From Candidatus Latescibacterota bacterium (lineage in GTDB: Bacteria > Latescibacterota > UBA2968 > GCA-2709665), in assembly GCA_965226795.1 (NCBI GenBank), contig CBDDDZ010000004.1, positions 704,001-768,000 of the forward strand: 64,000 nucleotides of DNA, written 5' to 3'. Position 1 is the stretch's first letter; every line of letters starts with the position of its first letter. Both the position numbers and the translations under genes were made by a program. Under the pieces are notes generated by a model that ran no database searches, was not told the DNA's origin, and saw only the letters and a list, made by a program, of their open reading frames with translations. Below are positions 29,571-40,205 of this stretch, in pieces.

Positions 29571-32500
29571 TTGCATCTTTCCCGACTGACGGCACTGGGC
29601 TTCAAATCCTTCGTACAACAGCTGGATCTTTCACTTCAGAAGGGCATCACATGCGTTGTGGGCCCCAACGGTTGTGGCAAATCGAACGTGGTGGATGCGT
29701 TGCGCTGGGCGCTGGGAGAGCAGCGGGTACGGTCGTTGCGCAGCACCAATATGGAAGATGTGATTTTTTCAGGCACGCGGAACCGGAAACCGCTCGGGAT
29801 GGCGGAAGTTTCGATTACCATTGACAATGCGGAACGGATTCTGCCGGTTGACTATACCGAAGTGACCGTTACCCGCCGGCTGTTTCGATCCGGAGACAGC
29901 GACTATCTGCTGAACAGGGTCCCCTGCCGGTTGAAGGATATCCAGAATCTGCTCATGGATACGGGACTGGGCGCTCACGCATATTCCGTAATAGAGCAGG
30001 GGATGATGGATGAAATCATCAGCGACAAACCCGAGGAACGCCGTCGGCTCTTCGAAGAGGCCGCCGGCGTAACCCGGTATAAGGTACAACGGCGGGCGGC
30101 GTGGAACCGTCTGGAGTCTGTCCAGAGGGATCTGGTGACCTTAGACGCTGTCATGGGTCAAATCGAACGCCAGGTGAACACGCTCGCACGGCAGGAGCGG
30201 AAGGCACGGCTTTACAGACAGCTTTCAGACCAGATGAAGGACCTCGAGGTCCGGCTTGGTCGCTACCGGTTCTTTCAGATGTCCGAAAGATCCCGGCCGG
30301 TTGCGGATGAGGTGGCCTTTCTCAAAGAGGACGTGGAGTTGGCCTCGGGAGATATCGCTCGCCTGGAGGCTCGTCTGGAGGCGGTTCGAACGGAACTGAC
30401 CGAACGGGATCATGCACTCACGGAAGCCAATGCGGCAGTGAGCAGGCAGAGTGGACTGGTGCATCGGAAGCAGACAGAAATCGCGGTAGCGCAGGAGAGA
30501 GTCCGTTCAACCGACGCATTCCTCGAACAGGCGGACCGGCGTCAAGAGGAACTGGCCAGACGGCGGGATATGGCAAGGGAGGAAGCGGCGGCTGTTGCGA
30601 GGCGCGGGACCCAGGCCCAGGAGGCATTGCAACGCGCGGAAGCCGCATTGGAGACGGAACGCAGCGCACTGGAAGCGACGAACCGGGCGCTCGACGAACG
30701 GCGGACCCGCGCCGATGAACAGAAGACGCAATTGTTCCATGCCCTGGGAGAAATCAATCAGCGAAACGGCCGGTTGGAACGCGGACGGGAAAGGCTTGAA
30801 GGAATATCCCAACGCCAGGCCCGGCTGGAAGCCGATGCAAAACAGTCGACGCTCCGTAAAGAGGAGGCTGACGACACCGGTCGGGACGCCGAACGGCAGA
30901 TTGATCGCCTGGTACGGGAGGTTGCCGAACAAAGCGGGCTGAGGGAGACTTACGCGGCTGAATACAGGCGGCTGCACGAAGAACAGGAAAGCATGACGGA
31001 AAAGCGCAGCCTGCTACGGGCTCAACGGGAGGCCGACGGTGCGCGGGTTGGCCTTCTGAAAAAGCTTCGGGAAGGATTCGAAGGGTATTCGGGCGGTGTA
31101 CGCGCGCTGGCGGTCGATTCTCCGTTTGGGGATCGTGTGCGCGGCGTGGTTGCGGACCGGATTGAAGTGGATGTGCGGTATGCGACCGCCATTGAAGCGG
31201 CTCTTGGACGCGCGCTGGAATGTCTGTTAGTGGACGAACCCGCCGATGCGGTGAAGGCTATGGACTACCTGAGATCGGGCGACCGGGGATCGGCGGCGTT
31301 TCTGCCTCTGGATTCCGCTTTCAACGGTAACGGCGTCTCCTGGACGCCGCCGGACGCCGAAGGCGTGGTGGGTAGAGCGTCGGATCTCCTGCGCGGCGAA
31401 GATTCACCCGTTCACGCACTGCTTCACCGGACGCTCGTGGTGGACAACTCGGATAACGCGCTTCCACTTCTTAAAAGAATGCGGCCGCTGGGCGTGGACC
31501 TGGTTACCGAGAAAGGCGAACTGTTTTCGGCCGACGGTACGATATACGGCGGGACGACGGCCGATGGCGGCACGGGACTGATCGGACGCAGGCAGGAGAT
31601 CGAAACGCTGGAAATAAATCTGAACGCCGCCGGCGTCGAACTGGCAACGTTGGATACGGGACTCGAGAACGTCGCCGCATCGATACACGAATTGCAGACC
31701 CGGATCGACGACACGGACGGTATTCTGGCGGACCTGAACAATCGTCTGGCCCAGCATCGCCGGGATCTTCAGGTCGCGCAGGCCGAAGAACAGCGACAGG
31801 TGCGTTTCGAGGCGGAACTACGCGGTGAAATTGCGACGTTGATGGCCGACGAAACCGGACTGAGGGAATCGAACGCTTCCGAGGCCGCGGAATTGGACGT
31901 ACTGGAAAAACGTCGGGAACATTTGGAAACGGCTACGCGTGAGGCGGATGTGGCGCTGCGGGACCGTGATTATCGGCAGCGGGCGGAACAGGACGCGGTC
32001 TCCAAACGGCAGGTCGAGATCGCTTCACTGAAAGCCAGCGTGGACCGGCACGGAGACGAAGCGCAGAGATGGGCTCGGGACCGGTCCGAAACAGACCGGG
32101 AAATCAAACGCCTGGCCGCCGATTGCAAGGAACGGCAGAAGGAAAAGATCGACCTGGAGATATCCGCTCGGGCTGCCGCGAAAGAACTGGAGAACCTGCA
32201 TCGCAAACAGGACGAACTGGAGGCAACGCGGGACAGGCAGGCGCAGCGCCAGCAGGCATTGTTGACGGATATCCGGCAGTTGGAAGGGAAAGCGCGGGAC
32301 AAGAACCGGCGGGCGAACCAGAACCGGGATCGATTGGGTCAATTGCAGGTCGAGATGGCGGAGCTGAGAACGAGGGCCGAGGCGTTACGTGCTCGAATTC
32401 TGGATGAATACGAGGTGGATGTCAGAGAGACGGGAGCATTGGACGATCCGGAATTCAATGAAGACGTGACTGACAGGCGGACAAGCGAGCTTCGCGAACG

Positions 32501-33167
32501 GCTCCGGCGGATGGGTCCGGTCAACCTGGGCGCCGTGGAAGAGTATGAGGACCAGAAACAACAGTACGAGTTTATGTCCAAACACAGGAGTGATTTGCTG
32601 GAGGCGGCGGAAATCCTCCAGCGGACCATATCGCGGATCGACCGAACGGCCCGCGGCCGGTTTATGGTTACGTTCGATCAGATCAAGGGGAATTTCCGGA
32701 AGACGTTCGAGGCATTTTTCGAAGGGGGCCAGGCGGATCTCCTGATGCCCGCGGATCAGGACCCGCTGGAGGCGCCGCTGGAGATTATCGCACGGCCGCG
32801 TGGCAAACGGCTGCAGCATATCAACCTGCTTTCCGGGGGAGAACGGGCGCTGACCGCGATTGCACTGCTATTCGCTATTTACCTCGCCAAGCCGAGCCCG
32901 TTCTGTATTCTTGACGAAGTCGACGCCCCTCTGGACGATGCCAACGTCGCCCGTTTCGTGCGGGTGCTCAAACGGTTCGCGGCTGACACCCAGTTTATCG
33001 TGGTTACCCACAACAAGGTCACGATGACTGCGGCGGACTGCCTGCACGGTATTACTATGGAGGAGCCGGGGGTGTCCAGGCTGGTATCGGTCAGGCTGGA
33101 TCACGAAGCACACGGCGGCAACGGACAGGCGGAGGCGATAGCGGAAACCACGGCCGCGGATGATTGA
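29571..33167 (+). CDS. smc: Chromosome segregation protein SMC
   Basis: GFKSF, GPNGCGKSN, hinge GV.G, LSGGE, LDEVDAPLD; AGGAGG before TTG 29571. Confidence 0.97.
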   Translation: MHLSRLTALGFKSFVQQLDLSLQKGITCVVGPNGCGKSNVVDALRWALGEQRVRSLRSTNMEDVIFSGTRNRKPLGMAEVSITIDNAERILPVDYTEVTVTRRLFRSGDSDYLLNRVPCRLKDIQNLLMDTGLGAHAYSVIEQGMMDEIISDKPEERRRLFEEAAGVTRYKVQRRAAWNRLESVQRDLVTLDAVMGQIERQVNTLARQERKARLYRQLSDQMKDLEVRLGRYRFFQMSERSRPVADEVAFLKEDVELASGDIARLEARLEAVRTELTERDHALTEANAAVSRQSGLVHRKQTEIAVAQERVRSTDAFLEQADRRQEELARRRDMAREEAAAVARRGTQAQEALQRAEAALETERSALEATNRALDERRTRADEQKTQLFHALGEINQRNGRLERGRERLEGISQRQARLEADAKQSTLRKEEADDTGRDAERQIDRLVREVAEQSGLRETYAAEYRRLHEEQESMTEKRSLLRAQREADGARVGLLKKLREGFEGYSGGVRALAVDSPFGDRVRGVVADRIEVDVRYATAIEAALGRALECLLVDEPADAVKAMDYLRSGDRGSAAFLPLDSAFNGNGVSWTPPDAEGVVGRASDLLRGEDSPVHALLHRTLVVDNSDNALPLLKRMRPLGVDLVTEKGELFSADGTIYGGTTADGGTGLIGRRQEIETLEINLNAAGVELATLDTGLENVAASIHELQTRIDDTDGILADLNNRLAQHRRDLQVAQAEEQRQVRFEAELRGEIATLMADETGLRESNASEAAELDVLEKRREHLETATREADVALRDRDYRQRAEQDAVSKRQVEIASLKASVDRHGDEAQRWARDRSETDREIKRLAADCKERQKEKIDLEISARAAAKELENLHRKQDELEATRDRQAQRQQALLTDIRQLEGKARDKNRRANQNRDRLGQLQVEMAELRTRAEALRARILDEYEVDVRETGALDDPEFNEDVTDRRTSELRERLRRMGPVNLGAVEEYEDQKQQYEFMSKHRSDLLEAAEILQRTISRIDRTARGRFMVTFDQIKGNFRKTFEAFFEGGQADLLMPADQDPLEAPLEIIARPRGKRLQHINLLSGGERALTAIALLFAIYLAKPSPFCILDEVDAPLDDANVARFVRVLKRFAADTQFIVVTHNKVTMTAADCLHGITMEEPGVSRLVSVRLDHEAHGGNGQAEAIAETTAADD

Positions 33168-33231
33168 ACGCGGCGGCAGGAATTCGCGCAAAGGGGCTCG
33201 AAATTTACCGCAGTAACAACCCGATAAAAAT

Positions 33232-33270
33232 AAAGGATCGGCCGCGTAAAAGCTGCCGATCCTTTTCTTT
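33232..33270. terminator. Bidirectional intrinsic terminator
   Basis: AAAGGATCGGC..GCCGATCCTTT with A/T tracts, between convergent genes. Confidence 0.75.
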
Positions 33271-33341
33271 CTTGTGATCGCCCCGTCGATGGCGTCCGTC
33301 GCCGTAAGCCTGACATTTGGGTTGACACAATCGGGTTATAT

Positions 33342-35414
33342 TTAAACGGAACCCAGGCTTTTCAGGATCTTCGCAACAATGGCATCCGGATCGTGTACCC
33401 CGGACAACCGCTCGACGATTATTCCCTGCGGATCCACCAGGAAATAGGCCGGTATGGCCCGCACGTTATACGCGCTGGTGGCGCCGGAACTCGAGGTCTC
33501 CGAGCGCACATGTACTCCTTCGATCCCGTGTTTTTCGATGGCCTTGCGCCATGCGGCGTCGCTGGAATCCAGTGAAAGGTTGACGAAAACCACCGGTAGT
33601 TCGGCGGTTTTTTTCTTTATTTTTCTGAGATAGGGCAAGTTACCGATGCATGGCCCGCACCAGCTTGCCCAGAAATCCAGCAACACGACCTTGCCCCTGA
33701 ACTGGCTCAGCGACACGGGTTGGCCTTCCAGATTCCTCAGCGTGAAATCGGGTGCCGGACGCCCGGTTTGCAGCTCCATCGCCTTGTCCAGGGCCGCCCG
33801 GACCGCCGCGTTGTATTCCGGGTAAGGATTCGTCGCCTGAAAATCCCGCCACATGCGGTTGGTCGACGCAAAGCCGTCACCTCCGTGTTGAAAACTACTG
33901 ATCAGTTGTTCTGCCAGGTACCAATAGCGCACTCTTCCGCTCAGTTTCTGCTCGGCCAGATCGTACCGTCTTGTCTGCGAGGAAATCGTCCGATTTTTTA
34001 TTGCATAGATCGAATCGAGCTTTGCCTGAGCCGCCTGCGACAGGCCAAGGCTCGCCAAGTCAAGCTTGTCGGACAGCCTGGGAGGTTTGCGGTTTTCGTA
34101 CAGGGAGTCCAGTTGCGCGCCGATCTCCGGCGATATATCCAGGCCCGCCAGATCGACCAGATCAGACAACTTGCGTTTCTTCTTTTTGAAGGACCGCAAC
34201 CCCTCCATAACGTCTGCGCCATCCTGTGCCGGTAGCCGGAAAACAAGCGCGCCGCCCGTGGTATCGATCTCAGGCTTTTCCAGTTTGCTTGACATGGCAG
34301 TTCTGTACAATCCATCACTCTTTTCGTAAAAGGAATCGAGCCGGGCCTGGGCCGCTTTTGATAGCCCCATCTTTGCCAGATCGAATATCTCAGATAGCCG
34401 GGGTTTTCCTCTGCTGGCGTACAATGAGTCGAGTTTAGCTGTGATCGCATTTGGCAGGCCTAACGTCGACAGATCGGTCATTTTCGATAGTTTGGGATGC
34501 CGCCCGAACCGCGCATAGAGTGAATCCAGTCTGGCGAGGGTCTCCTTTGACAGGTCTAAGCTTGTCAGATCGTACATGTCGGAAAGACTGGATGACGTGG
34601 GCACATTCATCAATCCCCAATCCAGTGTCCGGACGAGAAAGGTATGATAGGGGTCCACGCCAATGGCCTTTTCGTCGACCAGGGGCACCTCCTTGAGGAA
34701 TTCGTAGTATTCCGGCGTGATATTTCTGTTCTCACGGCCCGTGGCAAACCGGTAGTTGGTAGGATAGGAGATCATCATGTAAGCGTACGTGTAGTTAAAG
34801 TAGCGCGACGCATACTCCACAAATCCTGGAGACAGCGCATAAACCGTGCGCCGTCTGTCCAGGTATTCCAACTGATCGGTTCGCCACCGATCCGCCATGC
34901 GGGTAAAGTATTCCACCTCCATTTCCCTGGAGTCCCTGATTTTCCCCTGGAACGCCTGAAATCGTGGGAACCACTCAGCGATGAAGCGGCTGTTGTCCGC
35001 GTTTTGGCCGCCGAACCGGAAGGAGGTGTAGAAATAACCGGGATGGATGGAAATGTGAAGGCTGTCCCCCGGTTCGACGAAGAAAACCAGCGGACTGGGT
35101 TTCAAGAGGAAGGCCACCGCCTGCCGCACCGGTTTCCACGTGATTCCCCCGCTCTTGTAGCTGCCCCGGACGAGGGTCCCCCGGACGACCGGGATCTCGA
35201 GGGTGAAGCGGTTCCGGCTGTCCAGAGCGACGCGCTGCTCGGCCTTCTTCCCCAACGCCACCGGCGAGTCGTAACTGAACGTGATCTCCCGCGAGGTCGG
35301 CTCCCGGATCTCGCCGGTGATGATCGCCACCGATGGCTCGCCGCTTTCTGCTGAAAAACAGACGGTCGACATGACGAGTATGGCGGCCAGGACACTACCG
35401 TATACGTTTTTCAT
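33342..35414 (-). CDS. Secreted TlpA/ResA-like redoxin with large N-terminal region and five internal repeats (paralog 1)
   Basis: Signal peptide; APDFTL, LLDFWASWCGPC, IPAYFLVD. Confidence 0.88.
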   Translation of the reverse strand: MKNVYGSVLAAILVMSTVCFSAESGEPSVAIITGEIREPTSREITFSYDSPVALGKKAEQRVALDSRNRFTLEIPVVRGTLVRGSYKSGGITWKPVRQAVAFLLKPSPLVFFVEPGDSLHISIHPGYFYTSFRFGGQNADNSRFIAEWFPRFQAFQGKIRDSREMEVEYFTRMADRWRTDQLEYLDRRRTVYALSPGFVEYASRYFNYTYAYMMISYPTNYRFATGRENRNITPEYYEFLKEVPLVDEKAIGVDPYHTFLVRTLDWGLMNVPTSSSLSDMYDLTSLDLSKETLARLDSLYARFGRHPKLSKMTDLSTLGLPNAITAKLDSLYASRGKPRLSEIFDLAKMGLSKAAQARLDSFYEKSDGLYRTAMSSKLEKPEIDTTGGALVFRLPAQDGADVMEGLRSFKKKKRKLSDLVDLAGLDISPEIGAQLDSLYENRKPPRLSDKLDLASLGLSQAAQAKLDSIYAIKNRTISSQTRRYDLAEQKLSGRVRYWYLAEQLISSFQHGGDGFASTNRMWRDFQATNPYPEYNAAVRAALDKAMELQTGRPAPDFTLRNLEGQPVSLSQFRGKVVLLDFWASWCGPCIGNLPYLRKIKKKTAELPVVFVNLSLDSSDAAWRKAIEKHGIEGVHVRSETSSSGATSAYNVRAIPAYFLVDPQGIIVERLSGVHDPDAIVAKILKSLGSV

Positions 35415-35614
35415 AAAGAGATCCCTCCCTAAGTTCAAGTTCCGCTACACAGGCAACTCAAAAACCATCCGAACCCTGAGTCTCGGCTTGCCCCGGACGG
35501 ATGTAACAAATCTCAAGCGCTTGCAATAGGCACTACGCCCGAGCGTCGCTTTTATGAGATATCGCCTTTCTCGTCCGGTTATTGCAATAATTGAGCGCCA
35601 ATGGACAAGATCGA

Positions 35615-37462
35615 TCAACCTATGTGCTCAAGTGTGAAATTGACCAATGGATCTTCTGTTTCCTCATACTCGAATAGTTCCTCCGCCTTCGGTGAGATAT
35701 CCGGCAGTGTGCCGCGAGTTTCATCGCCCGCTTGAGGCATAGCCGCATAATACATCATTGCTGAAACGCCAAACCTTATCCCGCTCACGGGAAGCAAACC
35801 AGTCAAAGCATCGCCGGTGCTTTGCCTTCTCCCGCCCGTCTCTTCACCTATAAGCTGGCCCAGTCCGTAATCCTTCACAACAGCGGCAAACTCGGCTGCC
35901 GCCGAAAAGGTACGCGGACCAATCAGCACATGGAGATCGCCCTTAAACAAGTCCTCTCGCCGCTTAGGTATTACCAAGTCGTCCGACTCCGAGATAATCA
36001 ATCCGGTCAAGTCGCTATAACGGGCGTAATGTGGATGTTGCTCGATCAGTAGGTCCGACAGTTTAATATCGACGCGAGACCACATCTTAAACGGCTTCTC
36101 TGTAAGAAACTCAAGTAGAAAAACGACAAGGTCTGGATTTCCACCACCATTTTGGCGCACGTCTATTATGAGGCGGTGGGTTTTCTTCGCCCTCAATTCA
36201 CTAAATAGACCTGCTATATACGTCCTTCTATCGTCGGTATCAATGAAACTATCGCAATTGTAATAGCACGTATTTTCGTCATGATGGAAACGATGGAAGC
36301 CATCTGACTCCTCTTTTTCAGGCAAGAGGTCGTCATATTCGCTTATCGATATCAGGTCAATTCGGTGTGTTGAAGTCCTCCCCTTTTCTACAAATCGCAT
36401 CGTTACGGGACTTTCCGTGAACATCGCACTCCACGCTCCATAGAATCGTTGGCTATCTACGAATTGCACCAGCCGGCGAGTATCCGATTCCCCGGAAATC
36501 CTGCACAACGCTGGCTGAAGAAACTCGTTGATCGGTTGATCATCTACGGATACGAGTGATTTCCATGTCAAATCCTCCAAACGCGGAATGGCATTTTCTA
36601 CTACCAAATCGTCAAAAAACCGTTTCAACCGAAACGGAAACATAAGTACATCGGGAATGGCACCATCAATGATATCACCAGCAGGCATGATCTCGGTATG
36701 ACCATCCTTCAAACGGGCGGCAGCTTCAGCCAGTATACCTGACAGTTCGGCGTACGAGATATGGCCGCGCGATGCTTCTTGCCGCTGCAAGCGATTGCGA
36801 ATGGATTTCTTTAGATCCAGATAGTCGTCTCCGGAAATATGACGCAACGGATAGGGGTGTACCCTCTCAAGTGTTGTAAAGAAATACTCTGCGTCGACTT
36901 GGCCATCATCGGCGGAGAAGACCAGAGGAGCGAAATCATGATCCAAATTCCCACCATTGATGACTTGATCTTGTAATGTGACAAAAAACGTATAGTTCAA
37001 CCTTAGACATTTCTTCATGCCTGTCAGGACTGTAGGGCTAGGGGCACAGAAGGCCGATATATGCCCGTCTCCCAAGGGATTGTGGCCGACAGATGCGAAC
37101 CCAATTTCGCCCATCCCGCCTTCGAAAAGAAACTTCTGCTCCTCTTCTGACAGACCAAATGGCGTATCATTAAACGCTGCAAAGACAAGGTGGTTGGGCT
37201 TCGGGTCGAACAAGCCGTAAACCACATAATTTCCTTTCTTTAGTTTGAGACGTGGGAGACCTTCATTATCGTCCGTGCACCAAAAGGATACGCGTTGTAT
37301 TGAATGACGCTCCGACCATGCCCACCAGTATTCCTTTAGAGCCTGGATCTGTTTTTCCCATCCGGCACAGCTAAAATCAAATACGACAACAAGCGTATCG
37401 CCTGATGATTCTAATACGCGTTCCATTGTCAACGCGGACTGAGTTGCCGATGAAGACTTCAT
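35615..37462 (-). CDS. S41-family peptidase with N-terminal extension
   Basis: L...HP, DGHT, IIDVRQNGGG, TFSAA, IGEETGG, G..PD; AT-richer than flanks. Confidence 0.85.
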   Translation of the reverse strand: MKSSSATQSALTMERVLESSGDTLVVVFDFSCAGWEKQIQALKEYWWAWSERHSIQRVSFWCTDDNEGLPRLKLKKGNYVVYGLFDPKPNHLVFAAFNDTPFGLSEEEQKFLFEGGMGEIGFASVGHNPLGDGHISAFCAPSPTVLTGMKKCLRLNYTFFVTLQDQVINGGNLDHDFAPLVFSADDGQVDAEYFFTTLERVHPYPLRHISGDDYLDLKKSIRNRLQRQEASRGHISYAELSGILAEAAARLKDGHTEIMPAGDIIDGAIPDVLMFPFRLKRFFDDLVVENAIPRLEDLTWKSLVSVDDQPINEFLQPALCRISGESDTRRLVQFVDSQRFYGAWSAMFTESPVTMRFVEKGRTSTHRIDLISISEYDDLLPEKEESDGFHRFHHDENTCYYNCDSFIDTDDRRTYIAGLFSELRAKKTHRLIIDVRQNGGGNPDLVVFLLEFLTEKPFKMWSRVDIKLSDLLIEQHPHYARYSDLTGLIISESDDLVIPKRREDLFKGDLHVLIGPRTFSAAAEFAAVVKDYGLGQLIGEETGGRRQSTGDALTGLLPVSGIRFGVSAMMYYAAMPQAGDETRGTLPDISPKAEELFEYEETEDPLVNFTLEHIG

Positions 37463-37802
37463 TATAATCGTCTCAGGTAGAGTCTATCCGAGATATTGTC
37501 AAATGTTGTGGATGGCGGCGAGCGCATCCTGATGGATTAAGCGGCGACGTTGATGTTTCCATCCTGGAACTGAACCCGTAGGACAGTGAGTTCAATAAGT
37601 TTGTAATTGTATAATCGGTGGCAGCGATTTTGGGTTTGCGTTGCAAGTGGCAATTGCGCCGTTTTCACCGGACACTATCCCGTCCTCCCCGGCGCCCAAA
37701 AGATAGCCAATCTGCTGTTTACAAGCGAACAGAAATGTCCGACCGACGGAATGTACATATCCAATGGCACGTCGCGGCGCCGGTTGGCGAATCGAACAGG
37801 AA

Positions 37803-39881
37803 TTATTCGGTCTTTCTGGGGTTCTCGAAGATAGCCAGCTCGTTGTTCAGAAGGGCATAGATATGTTCGCCCACTGGAATAAACATATCTCGCGCCAGGT
37901 GACTAATTCGAGTCTCGCGGGGAAAAATTCCGATATTGCGCAAATACTCTTCATAATCTCTAACAAGCTTCTCGCGCCGCGAAAAGGCGCCGTAGCCGGT
38001 TTTGACATAGGTCTGGATCGCTTCCCCATTCAGGGCGTAGGCGGACTCTCCCGAAATGGTCATTCGTCGGGGAAGATGCGTCCAGGGTATGTAATCAACC
38101 TCGACTGGTTTCCGCGGATCGCTGATGTCCACCACGGCAATTTCCCGTGGCAGGTGTCTTTCGATATACGCCATGTCATTCCCAACGGTGAGTGGCCCCA
38201 ATGCAGGCGGTGCAGATGCTCTGTAAGTGCTCAGCGCGTCGGTTCCCAACAACATCCCGCGCAGTATTCTCCTTTTCGAGCCAGCCGAATCCATTTGCGC
38301 GACACGGGCCCAGGGACCACTTGAAGTCAGCTTCTGTCGGAACTCCTGGACCAACTTCTCGTAGTGAATGGAGCGTCCGAAACGCCGCAGCGGCGTCCGG
38401 CTCAATACTTGTGGTCGGCCGGGATCGGCCAGATCAAGGACTACGAAATCGTGTCCAAGAGTCAGAAACCCGTGGGGGCCCACAATCCGTATCTCCCATC
38501 CGTTGTTCCAGGCATGTTTCGTCGCCTCTTCAATCGGCAAAACTTGAACTCGTCGGGGCAAACCGCCATCCCGTACGTCGAAACTGTGTAATTCCAAGAA
38601 TCGATCCCTGATTATGCCGCCGTACAGAAAACCATCCCAAACTGCCCAACCCACGAGCCGGGGAATGCGCCGAAGCCACGGACTAGGACCCTGCTCGATT
38701 GGAAAAAGCAAGCTATGGGCTCGCAGTCGCGGGTGTTCCGGGCGGCTGAGGTCGAACACGGCCACCCCAGCACTGTCCTGGGCCTCACCCCAGACATAGG
38801 CGTTGGTGCCCGACATGGCCAACCTATCGAGCCTCCACCCCTCACATTCCACCCTGCCTACCTCTTCGGGCGCAATTGGGCTCGTCACGTCAACTACGCT
38901 CAAGCCATGATCGAAAAGCACCACCGCCAATCCATCAGTCAACGCCATGTCCGCCACATCCATTTCGTACTGCAGGGTTCCCACCGGCGGTACTGGCGCA
39001 ACTGGGGCGCGGCTATGGCGTGAACGGTCGACATTCAATGCAACGGCGACAATCGTACCCAATACAGCGAGGGCTACAACGGCCCACTGAAAACGTCCAC
39101 TCGCTCGTTCTCTCAACACCTTGCAGGCGCAAAGTAAAGCACCCCCTGCCAGTAGGGCGGTGACGCCGGCCCTGATGAGTAAAAGGGATGTGTCGAAAGC
39201 CTGGCGAGCGATTCCGGCGTCGGTCATTATCTTTAGTACGAACAACAGTTTAAAATAGAACTTGGCTATCGGTGGGCTCAGCGTCCAGACGACTATAAAT
39301 AGAACAAACGCGACCCAGACCGACAAAAGGCTGGTCATCGCTGCCTTCAGAGGGCGGTCGGCGAGAGTCGAGGCCAGCATGGCAACGCCGTACGGGATCA
39401 GATAAACCAGGAACCATAGCGACACAACCCGAACGTATCCGATATCCGATAGTACTACGGTTTCAGGAATGACATTTCGTATAGAGAAATCCCCGTAACG
39501 AATCTGACCAGTTATAGAAACTAGATCCCCGCTTGTGGCAATCATAATGAATACGCCGCCCCAATACGCGGCCAGCACCGCTAGTAATCCGATAGCTCCC
39601 ACCGCGAATTTTACCACCAATATCTTCCACGACTCCAGCGGGCGGCACAACAAGTACGGTAGCGTCATCCGGCTGCGTTCCCGCGCGATCGCGTCCATGC
39701 CCATCAGGACCGCCCCGAAGAGACCCACCAGGTGGCTCAGAATCTGAATTTCTGAGTCGGGGAACTCCTGCTTGCCTGCGGCGCAGACCAACCCGACAAC
39801 CAGCGCCAGGCCAGCGCCCGCGGCAATTTTGTAGGCGGCTTCGCGCCCTTCTTTCCAGAACAGAGCTCGAATCGGATTCAC
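37803..39881 (-). CDS. ABC-2-type permease fused to LVIVD-like beta-repeat domain
   Basis: ALFWKE.RE, A.ER...TL.YL...P; repeats LSVVDVTSP, VAVFDLSRP, FVVLDLADP, IAVVDISDP; AAGGAGG before GTG 39881. Confidence 0.8.
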   Translation of the reverse strand: MNPIRALFWKEGREAAYKIAAGAGLALVVGLVCAAGKQEFPDSEIQILSHLVGLFGAVLMGMDAIARERSRMTLPYLLCRPLESWKILVVKFAVGAIGLLAVLAAYWGGVFIMIATSGDLVSITGQIRYGDFSIRNVIPETVVLSDIGYVRVVSLWFLVYLIPYGVAMLASTLADRPLKAAMTSLLSVWVAFVLFIVVWTLSPPIAKFYFKLLFVLKIMTDAGIARQAFDTSLLLIRAGVTALLAGGALLCACKVLRERASGRFQWAVVALAVLGTIVAVALNVDRSRHSRAPVAPVPPVGTLQYEMDVADMALTDGLAVVLFDHGLSVVDVTSPIAPEEVGRVECEGWRLDRLAMSGTNAYVWGEAQDSAGVAVFDLSRPEHPRLRAHSLLFPIEQGPSPWLRRIPRLVGWAVWDGFLYGGIIRDRFLELHSFDVRDGGLPRRVQVLPIEEATKHAWNNGWEIRIVGPHGFLTLGHDFVVLDLADPGRPQVLSRTPLRRFGRSIHYEKLVQEFRQKLTSSGPWARVAQMDSAGSKRRILRGMLLGTDALSTYRASAPPALGPLTVGNDMAYIERHLPREIAVVDISDPRKPVEVDYIPWTHLPRRMTISGESAYALNGEAIQTYVKTGYGAFSRREKLVRDYEEYLRNIGIFPRETRISHLARDMFIPVGEHIYALLNNELAIFENPRKTE

Positions 39882-40205
39882 ACACGTCCTCCTTACGCAT
39901 TGCTCCCGAGCGCCAAAACGCCGTCCTCCAGGACCTGTTCCACGAGGTCGACGATCCGTACGCCACCCAAAGAGATTCCCCAACTGCGCCGGGCGGCATG
40001 CAACGATGGTTTATGTAGGCTGCGCATCTCTCCGTCGGTCAATCGCCTGGCAGGGACCCTAATCGGCTCCCTCGCCCGGGAGGCCTCACAGATGACAGGG
40101 CGGCCATACAAAACGGTGTCGAACTTGATGACCGCTGGCATGCGAGTGCCGGGGTGCGGCAACTGCACTTATTTGTGGATTGTTGTAACCAAGCCTTCGG
40201 AGAGA

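Noticed and set aside
37570..37595. Possible IS end (..CCCGTAGGACAGTG)
   Set aside because: No partner inverted repeat or transposase; too short to support
39893..40168. 91-aa ORF between redoxin 2 and the permease
   Set aside because: No convincing RBS or motif; possibly decayed sequence but unassignable
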